Made by a program: the position numbers and the translations under genes. Below the pieces are notes generated by a model that did no database searches, was not told the origin of the DNA, and saw only the letters and a program-made list of their open reading frames with translations. 64,000 nt of DNA from assembly GCA_964016885.1 (NCBI GenBank), contig OZ024741.1, positions 334,428,001 through 334,492,000 on the forward strand, written 5' to 3'. Shown here piece by piece: positions 1 to 15,108 of the stretch. This DNA comes from Eledone cirrhosa. Taxonomy: Eukaryota. Each line of letters starts with the position of its first letter. Positions within the stretch are counted from its first letter, which is position 1.

Positions 1-18
1 GACGATTGTTCATATATT

Positions 19-61
19 GTCAAAGTTCTTTCGTCACACATTCTGTGACCTCTTCAGTGAC
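19..61 (-). ncRNA. Putative minimal type-I hammerhead ribozyme motif
   Basis: Reverse complement reads gtca-CTGAAGA-g-gtcaca(gaatg)tgtgac-GAAA-gaac-TT-tgac: 4-bp stem I, core CUGANGA, 6-bp stem II, GAAA, minimal stem III. Confidence 0.55.
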
Positions 62-296
62 TGGATATTCTTTTCTTTGTTTTTGTGCCTCTCATTTGTT
101 CTGTCCGACGCCATCTTGTTTTTGTGTGTGTTGTGTGCTTAGTTTGCACATGTGTTACATCCGGGTGTCTGTGTGTGTTTATATTTGTTTATTTATTTGT
201 TTATTTACATGTTACTGGTTGGTTGTTTGTTCTATGTGTGTGTGTTTTCATTTTGTCCTTAATTGTAAGTTGTGATGTTGCTATTCCATTCATGCT

Positions 297-1146
297 TTAT
301 AGAAAGCATGAATATATACATGGCAGTGAGACTTGGGTATTGTGTGCAGAGGACCTGCGCAGACTGTAAAGGAACAAAGCATGCATGCTCCGTTGGATGT
401 GTAATAGTAATATATGTGAACGGCAAAGCATAAATGAACTAAGTGAGAAATTAGGAATAAGAGGGATTAGATGCTGTTTACTCGAGAGAAGACTACGTTG
501 GTATGGCCACGTGATGCGCATAAAAGACGACAGCTGTATAAAAAAGTGCAGGGCGATCAAAATTGATGGTAGTTACGGAGTAGGTAGACCCAGAAAAACC
601 TGGGATGATTTGATAAATTCCGACCTTACACACTTGCACCTCTCTAAGACAATGTCACTGGACCGAGATCTTTGGCGCTACGCAGTAATACAGAAGACCC
701 GCCTTGCCTATGTACAAAGCGAAACCTACAGTCAGTAGGCACCTCTTAACCAAATATACACCCCAATCCACTACCCCTACCCTATCCTCCCACTCCTACC
801 AACACCACCCTCTCTCTCTATAAAGTTGGTACAACAACATCCAGTCCAAATAAATGAGATAAATGAGATCGAGATCGAGAAAGTGTAGGTGTCACAAGAA
901 AAAAACACACAGTCCACGCTGTAATGTGGTCGTGTAGGTAACACGGTAAAAGTTCCCAATTCCACACTGTAAATGTGGTTGGTGTTAGAAAGGGAATCCA
1001 GCCATAGAAAACCTGCCAGATAGTCCTGTATGAGCGAGACATGGTCACCCAACCAACCTTGCCCCAAGTGGGACAACTCCCGTCTAATCCATGCTAGCGT
1101 GGAAAATGGACGTTAAACGAAGATGATGATGATGATGATGATGATA
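297..1146 (+). mobile_element. RTE LINE 3' fragment (C-terminal ORF end, 3' UTR, (GAT)n tail)
   Basis: ORF 385-738 is nearly identical to the C-terminus of the 40755-43775 ORF ([10 protein letters not shown]...GRPRKTW). There is an in-frame stop at 367-369, and the UTR and (GAT)n tail match 43776-44172. Confidence 0.93.
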
Positions 1147-1618
1147 TGTGTGTGTGTATATATGTGTGTTTTTATTGAAATTGAAAAGCTTCACAAATTG
1201 TTGCCCAGAGATTCAACATAAAACTGAAAGTAAAAGATGATTTGTGAATTTTATCAGTTTCAATAAAATTCAGTATTTAACTCTATTTTGATATTGAGTA
1301 CCATGTTCTCCAACTTGTTAGCACTGTGTAAATATATATGTATATATATATATAGAGAGAGAGAGAGAGCAAGAAAGAGAGAGAGAGAATAAAGAAAGTG
1401 CAAAGTCCAGTGTAAATTTTTAAAAATCCTTTATAACAGAGCTGTAATACATACTTCAATGGTGAACATGGCTACATGATGGTTCAATCTCACAAGAGTC
1501 ATGGGATATCATCAGACAGTATCTTCTGTAATAAGGTTTTGTTTCTGAGGTAATTTAATCTAATGACAAGGGAATAGACAGAAGTAAAGTTTACATAGCG
1601 AAAGTTCACACCAATAAA

Positions 1619-1654
<36 letters not shown>

Positions 1655-1706
1655 ATGTTCAAGACCCTCGACGGCAGAGCTCAAGCCGTTTTGACGGCTA
1701 TTTCTG

Positions 1707-2158
<452 letters not shown>

Positions 2159-2205
2159 ATATATATATATATATATATAATATATATACATATATATAGA
2201 ATCGA

Positions 2206-2291
2206 GACATATCCGAGGACCGCTCATTTTTAGAGTCAGGTTTGATCACCGCATCGATCGTGCTTCGCCCGAGAAACAATTGTAATATGTC
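2206..2291 (+). ncRNA. Putative hammerhead ribozyme variant (CCGAGGA core)
   Basis: gacatat-CCGAGGA-[53 nt]-GAAA-caattg-TA-atatgtc: perfect 7-bp stem I, palindromic stem III, GUA triplet. Stem II is poorly defined. The 3' end recurs at ~29880-29940. Confidence 0.5.
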
Positions 2292-2630
2292 CAATAATTG
2301 CCTTTTTTTCTGTGATATATATATATACATATATACATATATATATAGTTCATTGGTGTGTAATGTTTAGTTACAATTGGTTCAGCAGGTTGTGCATTCA
2401 ATGTCAATGCAGGTCTAGTTGCCAATGTGGTATTCTAGATTTGGTATTACACCATAGTCGATATCCTTAAGAAGCGGAGTGTTTATAATAAGGAATCCAG
2501 AATTCTGATGAGCTATCGATTCCAGAGGCAAGCCTGATTGATACCGATTGTACCTTGAGATTATCGATCATAAAATGCACGTCTCACATGAATAAACATA
2601 ATGACGCTATTTCGATATTTCATTCCTACT

Positions 2631-2812
2631 CTGGCAGTATCGGTTGAGGGTCGGAGCCATGTTTCATAGTATAGAGTTACGCCCTTTTACGGTCTGAGTA
2701 CATATCCTGCCGAGGTTAACTTTGCCTTTCATCCTTGCAGGGTCGATAAAATAAAGTACCAGTAATGCACTGGGATAATTGCTGGCCTTGTGCCAAAAGT
2801 AGAAACAATTAT
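2631..2812 (+). mobile_element. SINE family 2 (Meta-domain-like)
   Basis: Contains GCCTTTCATCCTT...GGGTCGATAAAATAAAGTACCAG, which resembles the MetaSINE central domain. Many copies in the window. Confidence 0.75.
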
Positions 2813-3054
2813 TACATAAATATATATATATGATGGACAATGTTGTCAATTTCGAATTATGAAGATCCAAACAACCTATTCAGGTCATTCAGTTTAGATG
2901 TTTATATCAGGCTTGATATTTCAGACCTGTCAAGGCTTTGCAAGCAAGTCCACAGATTGTGAAAGTGTTAGGTTTACTGGATAATGTTGCTGGTATGTCT
3001 GATAAGGCTTTTCTCCTTCCTCTTGCTTCTTGTAATCTATGGATATATATATAG

Positions 3055-3381
3055 AAAGAAGACTCCCTTCAGTCACAAATGACCATGGGATTTGCACCTA
3101 GAAAGTTTACCTCCAAGGCACAAGTCGTGCAAGGTTGTTTGAAAAGACCAATATACACCCATGCATACCAGCCTCCCCTCTCCACGTCACCGATGATCTC
3201 CAAGGGAAAGGCTATTGCCGATACAGCTTGGCATCAGTGACGTCGCAACTCATTTGTACAGCTGAGTAAACTGAAATAAAGTGTCTTGCTCAAGGACACA
3301 ACACATCACGCTGTCCAAGAATCGAACTGAAAACCTTTTGATTGCAAGCCCAATGCTCTAACCACTAAGCCATGCACCTTC
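3055..3381 (-). mobile_element. tRNA/CORE-like SINE with a different 3' tail
   Basis: Head CTAACCACTAAGCCATGCACC and CORE-like AAATAAAGTGTCTTGCTCAAGG read on the plus strand (element is on minus). Tail differs from the 1817 copy. Confidence 0.7.
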
Positions 3382-3388
3382 ACAACTT

Positions 3389-3447
<59 letters not shown>

Positions 3448-3859
3448 AGTGATTTGCATTAGGAGAGGTATTTATCTATGGAGACCATGAACAAGATGAT
3501 GTCTTTCACACCTGTCCAGTCTCAGATCATCTCAGAATGTCCACCCCTTGCCAGCATGGAAAACAAATGTTAAATGATGTTTTATATATATATATATATG
3601 TGTGTGTATATATATATGTATATTCAAAAGACCTTGGGTTTCTTGGTTTGCAAAGCATATTTTTTATATTTATTTTATATTAGTTTTCTTCTTTGTTTTT
3701 TTTTTTATTTTTTATTTTGTTTCTTTTTCTTTTATATTTGTATAGTTTATTTACTTATTTTTTCTATCATGCTTCTGTTTATTGAAGATGAGTTTGTCAA
3801 CTGTTCAGCTAGGAGGAGATGTAACAGAGGTCGTGGCTGGTAGCAGAAGGGGAATACTA

Positions 3860-4287
3860 CATAAATAACAAACTACTGTAGCAACCATAACAACAACAGT
3901 AATAATACCACCACCACCAACAGTAATAATAGCACCAACAACAACAACAGCAACAACAACAAACTGCTGTAGCAACCATAACAACAACAGTAATAATACC
4001 ACCACCAACAACAGTAATAATAGCACCAACAACAACAACAGCAACAACAACAAACTACTGTAGCAACCATAACAACAACAGTAATAATACCACCACCACC
4101 AACAACAAACTATTGTAGCAACCATAACGACAACAGTAACAATACTGCTATCATCAACAACAGCAACAACAAAAATAGTAACATTACCAACAACAATTAC
4201 CATCACCACCACCACCACCACCATCACCACTACTACTACTACCACTACCACCACCACTGCCACTGCCACTACCACCACCACCGCCAT

Positions 4288-4325
<38 letters not shown>

Positions 4326-4330
4326 ACACC

Positions 4331-4365
<35 letters not shown>

Positions 4366-4435
4366 CACCACCACCACTACTACCACCACCACCAGCACTA
4401 TTACCACCACTATTACCAGCACCAGCACCACTACC

Positions 4436-4470
<35 letters not shown>

Positions 4471-5935
4471 CACCACCACCACCACCACTACTGATTCTAC
4501 TACTACTACTACTACTGCTGCTGCTGCTGTTACACGTTAAAGAGGTAGCTTCTTCCTAGTCACTAGGTCTGCTAGAGAGAGCAGTTAATTCACCCCTTAT
4601 CCCCAATCAAACCATATAAAGAAGGAAATAAAGTCATTAAAATGTGTAGTCCAGCTTTGACTGCCTGAATATATGATGACATGATTATAGTTGGAATGGA
4701 TAGTTTACTGAGTCAGAGCTAACCTAGGGCTAAACAACAACTACTACTACAAACTGTAATACCAACAGCAATAAGATCCTTAACACAACAGCAACAACAG
4801 AATATGATAACATTATCAATAAGTACAACAGCAGCAATATCAGCAACAATTGGGAAATATAATATATATTGGAAAAAATAAAAGAAAAAAATTACAAATA
4901 CAACAACAACAACAAAAGACCATCTAACTAGTACCATATAAAACAACACCACTACCACTGCCTCCACCACCACCACCACCACCAGTATACCCAACACCAC
5001 CAACACCACCAACACCACCACCACCAGCATACCCAACACCACCAACACCACCACCACCAGCATACCCAACACCACCAACACCACCACCACCAGCATACTC
5101 AACACCACCAACACCACCACCACCAGCATACCCAACACCACCAACACCACCACCAGCACCACCAGCATACCCAACACCAACACCACCAACACCACCACCA
5201 CCAGCATACCCAACACCACCAACACCAACACCACCAACACCACCAGCATACCCAACACCACCACCACCACCACCAGCATACCCAACACCACCAACACCAC
5301 CACCACCAGCATACCCAACACCACCAACACCACCACCAGCATACCCAACACCAACACCACCAACACCACCAGCATACCCAACACCAACACCACCAACACC
5401 ACCACCAGCATACCCAACACCACCACCACCACCACCACCACCAGCATACCCAACACCACCACCACCACCACCACCACCAGCATACCCAACACCACCAATA
5501 CCACCACCAGCATACCCAACACCAACACCACCAACACCACCAGCACCACTACCACCATCAGCATACCCAACACCACCACCAGCATACTCAACATCAACAC
5601 CACCAACACTACCAGCACCAGAACTACCATCACCACCACCACCAACATACTCAACACCACCAGCACCACCACCACCACCACCTTCACCAGCCCCACCACC
5701 AGCATACCTAACACTACCAACACCACCACTACCACCTCCATCAGCCCCACCACCAGATCTACCTCCACAACTACCACACCCACCACAGCCATCAGACCCA
5801 CCACAAACACCACACCCACCACAACCATCAGACCCAGCACCACCATCACCATCTTTATCAGCAGCTGGAACAGCTAGCGCAACGACAGCAGCAACAGCAG
5901 CAGCAACGGCAGCAGCAACAATAACAGCAGCAGCT
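3860..5935. repeat. Compound trinucleotide/cryptic minisatellite ((CAA)n, (CAC)n, (TAC)n; unit ACCAGCATACCCAACACCACC at 4980-5720)
   Basis: Read directly. Explains the poly-Val minus-strand ORFs. Confidence 0.92.
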
Positions 5936-6644
5936 GTTATTTCTCCTATAACTTTTCATTTGGATACACAGCATTTATTACCAGTGTCGTAGGCTAAAGG
6001 GAATAAATAACAAAGGGACAAGTAACTTTCAATGGATATTTTCTAAACCAAGATAAACATATATATATATATATATATATATATACCTGAAGAAACCACC
6101 CCACTGCTGCCACCAAGAATATGTTATTTTTCATTTATTCCACCTTATAAAAAGAATGAAATTTAATGAAAATATTCCGGAATGAAATGACAATAGAATT
6201 TCATTGTAACTTTTAAAAAAAAGTAAGTTTGTTATTAAGATATCAATGTTTTTCTTTCTTTCTCTCTATTTTTCAATCTATCTTTCTTTCTTCTATTCTA
6301 TCTGTCTATCTTTCTTCTTCTTCTTCTTCTTCTTCTTCTTCTTCTTCTTCTTCTTCTTCTTCTTCTTCTTCTTCTTCTTTTTCTTCTTTCTCTATCTATC
6401 TTTCTTCTTTCCTATCCATCTATCTATCTTTCTGCTCTATATTAGCTTAAAGTACCTAGGGTTATATATGATATAATATAATATAATGCATAAGTACAAA
6501 CTTTCAGTGTTCATTCCCTGACAACCTCTCTTTCCCACACTCCTACTTTCTCTCTATCCCTCTCTCTTAGTTTCACTTTCTCTTTCAATCTATACAACTT
6601 CACTCTCGCTCCCTTTTTATATATATACAATCATACATACACAC

Positions 6645-6711
<67 letters not shown>

Positions 6712-7120
6712 TATATATGTATATCATCATCATCATATATATGTATATATATGAAAGTTTCTGTTTGAAAATGATGCCATAATTTTATATTGTTTTCTTA
6801 TTGTTAGTGTTGCTGCTCTTTTTATTACCATTATCATTATTATATATTATTATTATTTTTATTACTGTCATCATCATTATGCTAGATGTTTTAGTGATGA
6901 AATCTACAGATATTCAATACGGACAACTCTCAATTATGTTGTGATAAAGTTTCTAACATGTGTAGTTAACATTGCCACTACTGTTAACAACCAAGTTAAA
7001 AGAAATACTTAGCTGTACTAACATTATAGAAATATAGACATTAGATTTATGTGTTATTATAGTAGCAAGTACATATATATAGATATAATATATATCTATA
7101 TATATATATATATATATATT

Positions 7121-7459
7121 ATTTTCATCATTTCATTTTACGTCCGCTTTTTCCCTGCTTGCAAGGGTGGGACGGGAACTGATTCTGGCTTCATTTCTAC
7201 AGCTGGATGCCCTTCCTAACACCAACCTCATTTACAGTGAGTGCTGGGGGCTTTTTTGCCGTGGCACCTCCACGACCACTTTGCAGTGGAATGATATGGA
7301 CCCCAGTCCCTATCATCTCATTTCTACAGCTGAGTAAACTGGAGCAATGTGAAATAAAGTGTCTTGCTCAAGGAAACAACACATCACCTGGTCTGAGAAT
7401 TGAACTCACAACCTTTCGATTGCAAGGCCAATGCTCTAACCACTAAGCCATGTGCCTCC
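7121..7459 (-). mobile_element. tRNA/CORE-like SINE with RTE tail
   Basis: Reverse complement of 1817-2158. Confidence 0.88.
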
Positions 7460-7579
7460 ATATATATAATACAAATATTATGCTCTGTTTAGCTCTACAT
7501 TTCACCACTGACTTGAAGCTAAACATCGAGTGCTCACCTGGATGAACATAACTTCACGTTACACTCCCTGGATATATAA

Positions 7580-7664
<85 letters not shown>

Positions 7665-7667
7665 TTA

Positions 7668-7837
<170 letters not shown>

Positions 7838-7947
7838 TTATATATATATATATATATATAAATATATATATATATTGTTATACTTTGGGATAAAGAATCT
7901 TGCTAAACAAATTCAGAAACGAAATATATATATATATATATACATAT

Positions 7948-7978
<31 letters not shown>

Positions 7979-8011
7979 TATGTATGGATATATAGATGTT
8001 TATATATATAT

Positions 8012-8080
<69 letters not shown>

Positions 8081-8250
8081 TATGTATGCATATATAGATG
8101 TTTATATATATATTTCTAAACTTGTCCCAGTGCCTGATGACTGGGTCATGATTTTCATCTCTCCTCCATGCACAATCTGAGGAGATGGCCATAACTGGAC
8201 CTTGAAACCTAAGGTAGAGCTTTCTTGTTCTGTGTATGAACATAAATTTA

Positions 8251-8599
8251 CTTTACTCTTTTATCTGTTCCAGCCATCTGGCTGGGGCCATGCTGGGGCA
8301 CTGATATAAATTATTTTTTTATAGAAAACACTTCAGCTAGACTAGAACTGTTTCACTCTTTTGAAATCACCAGGGATATCCACATTCAGTAGTTCTGTGC
8401 ACATTCTCAACGATTTCAAGTACACGAAACAGTTCTAAACCTGTAGGAGTCATTTCTATAAGAAATAAATATGTATCTTCCTTACTAATGTATTGAGTAT
8501 TTTATTTACCTTACTGATCCCCTTCAGAAAACTATTCTTAATTTATATTACTCTTTTACCTGTTCCAGCCATCCAGCTGAGTCCATGCTGGGGCACCGC

Positions 8600-8600
<1 letters not shown>
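8251..8600 (-). repeat. Two copies of a short dispersed repeat end (TTACTCTTTTACCTGTTCCAGCCATCC...CATGCTGGGGCAC)
   Basis: Copies at ~8251-8302 and ~8548-8600, also ~28075-28120 and ~39712-39766. Probably a SINE 3' end. Confidence 0.65.
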
Positions 8601-8690
<90 letters not shown>

Positions 8691-9277
8691 TATATATATA
8701 TATATATTCAAATATGTATGTTCATATCTGGCAAGGAAAACAGCCATTAAATGATGATGATGATGATTATATATGTATATTTTCACAAGTTTATGCTTTA
8801 TGCAAACACACCATGACAAGATAAGATGTATTTGGATAAGTTTGACTGTTTCCGGGACAAAATACTATATATAAATTATATATTCCTCTATACAATCTAG
8901 GTATATATATACAGTAACAATTATACCTATCCTGAGTGTTTATCTATGGTTAAATCTGTCTTTACTATATGTATCCAATGATACAGGTTTATCTATGTCT
9001 GTATCTTAGGAAGTTATGCAGCTTATTACTTATGGTACTTGGCTCAAAATCAGCTATATGTAAGTACGGTTTTTAAGGATGTCGTATCCTAGTCCACTCA
9101 ACAAGCAACAGTAAGTTGTACCTATAGTTCAAAAGGTCCAAGCTTGTCATATAAGGCATAAGTTAGTGGAATACTCAGCCACTTTAATTTCTTTATCAAA
9201 ACCAACATAGGTTCAACAACATGTCTGTATCAATTTCTGTATATTTATTTCAACATCTTTACATCTATCTATGTATG

Positions 9278-9346
<69 letters not shown>

Positions 9347-9618
9347 CTATATATATCTATGTCTCTCTCTATATATATATAGATATGTATATATGCTGGT
9401 ATGTATATGTATGAATATATGTCTATTCAGTATCTGTTCATAGACAAATACATCTGATCCAGCTGTAATGACAGTTATATCTGTTAATCTATCTACAGCT
9501 AATCTTATATTCACCATAACCAGATAAACCAACAGTCAAATATTCATATTATATATTGCTATCATATATACATATACATATACATATACATATACGTGTA
9601 TATGTATCTATATATCTA

Positions 9619-9714
<96 letters not shown>

Positions 9715-9743
9715 CATATATATATATACATATATATATAAAT

Positions 9744-9774
<31 letters not shown>

Positions 9775-9778
9775 CATG

Positions 9779-9864
<86 letters not shown>

Positions 9865-11226
9865 CATATATATATATATATATATACATGTACATAGATA
9901 TATAGATATATACATGTACATACATATATATATATATACATATACACACATGTACATACATATATATACATATACACACACATGTACATACATATATATA
10001 TACATATACACTCACATGTACATACATATATATATACATACACATACACATGCACACAAATATATATATACATGCATATGTCAGGCCACCATGTATACTC
10101 TGAATAACATGTTTTGGTTGTTAGTGACTAAACTGGCCTGCTACCATTCCACCTGGGCAGCCAGGTGAATATACTTAACCCTAACAGGATAAATAAGCAT
10201 GACCTATCTGAAAGCTTGATGACCCCAATCTAGAGTCAACATGTATCTAACAATAGTGCTGGGAGGACGTTAAAATACTCAAAAAGGTGAACATGCATAT
10301 TGTAAATCCACATTCAGATTGATGGACCCCACCCACCCTGCATACACACACATAGTTCTTGTAAGAACATGTTTAAATGATGCAGAGTCTGGAGTAAAGT
10401 CCAAGAATTCTTCACCAAAAATGTTTAAATTATGGACAATCTTGGACAATGTAAGGTCCAAGAATTCTTCAGTTCCTGGCCATCACAACCAATATTGACC
10501 ACTAAAATGTGTAAATGATTGAAAGTCTGGTGTAAGAGCCAAGAATTATTCAGTTTCTGGTCAACATGACCAATATTGTGTGACCAAAACAGAAAACCTG
10601 TTCTATTTCGAAAATTAAATGCATTTCAGTTCTTGCTTGAGTCACTGCAATCAGTTTAATGCACAGAAAATTCCTAGCACCAGAAAGAAACAATATATAT
10701 CTCAAAAGTGGTTATTGCTGTAATGGTTGTCAGGATGTCACATGCATCTATGATGATAAAATACCAGCACTTCCATAGTTAACTCACTTGTGAGAGTATT
10801 ACTATAATATAGCTGGTAGTTTGTAACCCAGTACAACCTGCTCTCATGGTTGAGCAGTCAGAAACTAAACTGGCTCCCCAACCAGGCCCTGGTCTCGTGA
10901 TTAGGGTAAGAGGAACCCCAGCAACACAAACAAACAAGAGCTGTTTAAAGGGGTCGATGGACTCCTGAGGATCAATGACTACCCACACCAACTAGGGATT
11001 AAATAGCTTTGCCAACCTGCAATTTGTCAAGTGTGATGAGTACGGCTACACCCCTGACATGACCAAAGCCAAACATGAGTGAGAAGGCCCTGGATTCGAT
11101 TAGTGGCAATTGTGATTCCTTCATTGCTCTTGTGGCTGATTTTCTTCTTTGCAGTTGCTCTTTAAGAAGTAACATCAATGTTTAAGAAGTGATCAATATC
11201 AGACAGATTTTGACTTCAACACATTG

Positions 11227-11294
<68 letters not shown>

Positions 11295-11440
11295 AGCACT
11301 TGACTTGTCATCCTCTGCTAGCTCTTCCTTGTGTAGAATCCCACAAAAGAACTTCACTAACAATTTCATCTTTAGCTCTCCAGCAATACCCTGCAAATCT
11401 GATTTTATGCTCTTTGATGATGCCAAAACCTATATCAAGC
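11295..11440 (-). mobile_element. Degenerate LINE (RTE-like) C-terminal fragment
   Basis: Translation IKEHKIRFAGYCWRAKDEIVSEVLLWDSTQGRASRG resembles the rlrfAGHcwR...llW.p.hG..srGRp C-terminal motif of RTE-clade ORFs. Confidence 0.6.
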
Positions 11441-11729
11441 AGATTTGGGACAACATAAATTGCAATCCCTCTGACCAGCCGAATATGATGAACAATAGAA
11501 TTGGATGGTAATAGAGAGTCAAGGGAATCTATACAAGCAGTGTGACCAATTGATTGATTTATATGTAGCACCCAACTGGACTCTGCACTAGAGTTACCTA
11601 CTCTTGACTCATCAACACACAGCAACACATTATAATGTATATAACACCCAACTGGGCCCTGTGTCTAAGAAGGCCCTGAGCTACTGTAATCTACTCTCAG
11701 TTCATCAACTACACACAACAACACGTTAA

Positions 11730-12040
11730 TATCATCATCATCATCATCATCATTTTATATCCGTTGTTCCATGCTTGCATGGATTGGACAGGTCCTTCTT
11801 ATTAAGCATCTCTCCACAGGTCATGTTCCTTTGTCATCTCTGTGAGCTTCAGTGATCTGAGATTAGCTCTCACCCCTTCCATATATGTTTTCTTTGGTCT
11901 TCCTTGGTCTTCTTCTATTACAATTTCCTTCAACTGGGATTACTTGACACATTTTCACCCAGTGATCAGTACCCATGCACATCACATGTCCATACCAATG
12001 CAGTCTTCTCTCCTGCACACCACTTATGATTCCTTTTATA
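11730..12040 (-). mobile_element. Degenerate RTE 3' end with (GAT)n tail
   Basis: Minus strand shows an LHWYGHVM...RPKKTY-like segment and the CCATGCAAGCATGG...(GAT)n tail. Confidence 0.65.
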
Positions 12041-13230
12041 CCCAGTCAATATATATACATAACAACCAACTGGGCCCAACACCTCTTCACATTGTATTGT
12101 TATGTGTCCTTGATAAGATGAGAGGTGATGAGAGCTGATATCAAATTGTTGAAGGTCATTGAAGAGATGATGAAGGAACATGACAAGTGGGGACATGCCT
12201 TGCTGAATAAGACCTTTCTAACACATACAAGTGTTGAACAGCAAACGTAAAATGATGATGGTATATATATACCCCTGTACTTGACTGCGACTTTATTTTA
12301 TCAACCCTTAAAAAGGATAAAATGCATATTTGACCTCAACAGGATTTGAACCCACAAAGTAAAGAACCAGAACAAATACTGCTGTAATATTTTGTTTGAT
12401 GGTCTAATAATTCTGCCATCTTAATAATGAAACCATCTTAATAATGAGATAATTATTTATTTTATTAAATCCAACCAAATTCTTCATTCATTAACTCTTA
12501 ATGTCCTGTACTGCATGAATATAAATTAGCAAGACATTTTTGGAAAATAGAAACATGATGATTGCTTCACATTAAAAATTAACATCTTTACTCTAGCACT
12601 GCAAATTTTTTTTAACAATCTGTTCATCAGTAAAAATATTACAATCATTTGAATTTAAAAAATGGTTTGTATACGTTTTCTGCTACATCCTTGTAGGATT
12701 TGAAGAGATAATTAAAATACAGTGAATTTCATTAAACGAAATACAGAATATTTCATTAGAAATATGATTATGAAAGTGTTAAACATTTAAATTGTAGCCT
12801 GAATATCAGTCATCAACAGCCCCTGCCCAGCCAAACAATGTGAGATCGTTTTAATCCTTTTGCTAATGAACTACATTCTATTTTAATTAATTAATTAATT
12901 AAAAATTGGGGAAAGGTTTACTAGAACTATAATCACAATACAAACGTGGTTCTGTAACTCCTGATCGAGTAGTATGGGCTCTGTGATGGCATATGGCATT
13001 TCTATGGAATATTAAGCATAGCAGAGCAAATCCCTCTCAATAAGATGGTATAATTCCAATGTCTCTTGATGTGATATCCTGATATCTCAGCTTTCTGGTA
13101 GAGGAAGACTCCCACAACAAGTGATCTGAAAACCTCTCATCTTTTGCATGAAAGTAGGGACTAGCTTGTATGATGTTCAATCATTCAAGCATCTACTTTG
13201 GGATTTTTCCATATATTCCCTATATATGAA

Positions 13231-13279
<49 letters not shown>

Positions 13280-13834
13280 TTAAATTTAGTGGTTTACCAC
13301 TGAGTAGAATTGGTTATTCTGCAATGTTAACCATGACGTAATATAATATATATAATATATATATATCATTATATCCTTATCCATAACCCTTAGGTAAAAC
13401 AGCAAGCACAACTTCACACTAACAGTCACTGCTTCCTATCAAGGTTTTAGGTCTTCCTTATCAATTCCAGTGTCTCTTTCTACGGTATTCTGGTATCTGA
13501 CATTTCTAGTTAAGGAGGAGATCTCCCACAACAAGAGGCCTGAAACCATCTCATCTTTTGTGCGGAAGCAGTGACCAGCAAATTTTGTACAATCTTTCCT
13601 AGAAGGAGAGATGATGATTTGGGGAGGGTTGGTATCAAAAGAGTCAAATAATATGATTTACCTTTTTAATCAGAATCAAAGTAATTATATTTGCTAAAGG
13701 AGAATGATTTTAACTGTGATGCTGGGATTTTCTATTGTAAGTTTTAGCTTTAAGTTATACAATATTTATATACATACTATTGTGCAGCTGTGATTATACT
13801 CACACTGGCATATATACACATAAATAATTTTGTA

Positions 13835-13961
<127 letters not shown>

Positions 13962-14293
13962 AAGTATGACCCCGACGGCAGAGCTTAAGCCGTTTCGACA
14001 TTATATATATATATATAAATCTATGTAAATACATAAATACATGCATATGTATTTATAACATATATATATATACATGCACACACACATGCACACATTTATA
14101 CACACATTTATATGAATGTGTATAAATGTCTGGAGGCTTAATATTTTTAATATTTGATAGATTTCTCTAATGGAACATTTGTTGTGGTCAATATTGTAAA
14201 CAGGGCAGAAATATGAGACAACCTGCTGTGTTCATTATGTGGATTCACAACTTGAGATTGGCTTTTGCTGCCACAGGAAATATTTACTCCACA

Positions 14294-14361
<68 letters not shown>

Positions 14362-14364
<3 letters not shown>

Positions 14365-14800
14365 TTTTCTTTATTAACCACAAGGGTTTACATAAAGTAG
14401 ACATTAAGGACAGTACAGGACAATACAGGACGGTACAAATGGGCATTTCTGCGTGTAAAAACAAAAACAGGATGTAACGAAAAAAAATAACAATGAAAAA
14501 TTCTCCAATAGGGGGGAGACTTCGGGGGGACATTTGTGGAGAAAGCCCATTAAAAGGCCACAGCGACCCTGACGACCAGGGCAAGTGCCCTCTCCCAGTT
14601 TTCCACCTTTAATTTACAGACACATACAGAGTAGGCCCATTCACTCGGGCCATACTTGCTTCTCTCACCCATCTTTCAACAAAATGCTGGGAAGAGAGCA
14701 CTTCCCACTCTACCCTGAATTTCCTTTTCAAATGAAATTTGAAAAAGTCAATCAGGGCATCACCGAAGAGGTAAGTGCAATAAAAAGATGAGAGGTGTTA
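14362..14800 (-). mobile_element. L1/Tx1-like LINE 3' fragment next to (TAA)n
   Basis: Minus-strand RWVREASMARVNGPTL parallels RWVNVTKIARVNGPSL at ~26070-26125 (+). Ends in GTGGTTAATAAAG. Confidence 0.55.
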
Positions 14801-15008
14801 GATCTTCATTATATATATATCTGTATATATATATAATATTTTGGTTCTCGAGTAGTGCCAGGTGGTAATCACAGTTAAAGAAAGTATTCAATACGTTGGT
14901 AGTGTATAAGCATCTTCATTATAGACTGGGCTAGAACTGTTTCATTTGTATGAATCATCCAGTTCTTTTCCTGTAGATGTCATTTCTATGCATAATAAAA
15001 ATATACAC

Positions 15009-15041
<33 letters not shown>

Positions 15042-15063
15042 TATATATATGTGTATACACATA

Positions 15064-15108
<45 letters not shown>

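Noticed and set aside
2504-2560. CTGATGA followed by a good hairpin
   Set aside because: GAAA is replaced by GATT and there is no stem I. Similar incomplete cores at ~1470-1515 (-), 31500-31526 (-) and 37238-37265 were also not called.
4719-5852. 377-aa poly-Val ORF and the Thr-rich mucin-like plus-strand frame
   Set aside because: Trinucleotide-based repeats stay open by construction; no start or splice support.
8177-8222. Hammerhead-like CTGAGGA...GAAA-cctaagg-TA
   Set aside because: No stem I complementarity and weak stem II; at best a decayed copy.
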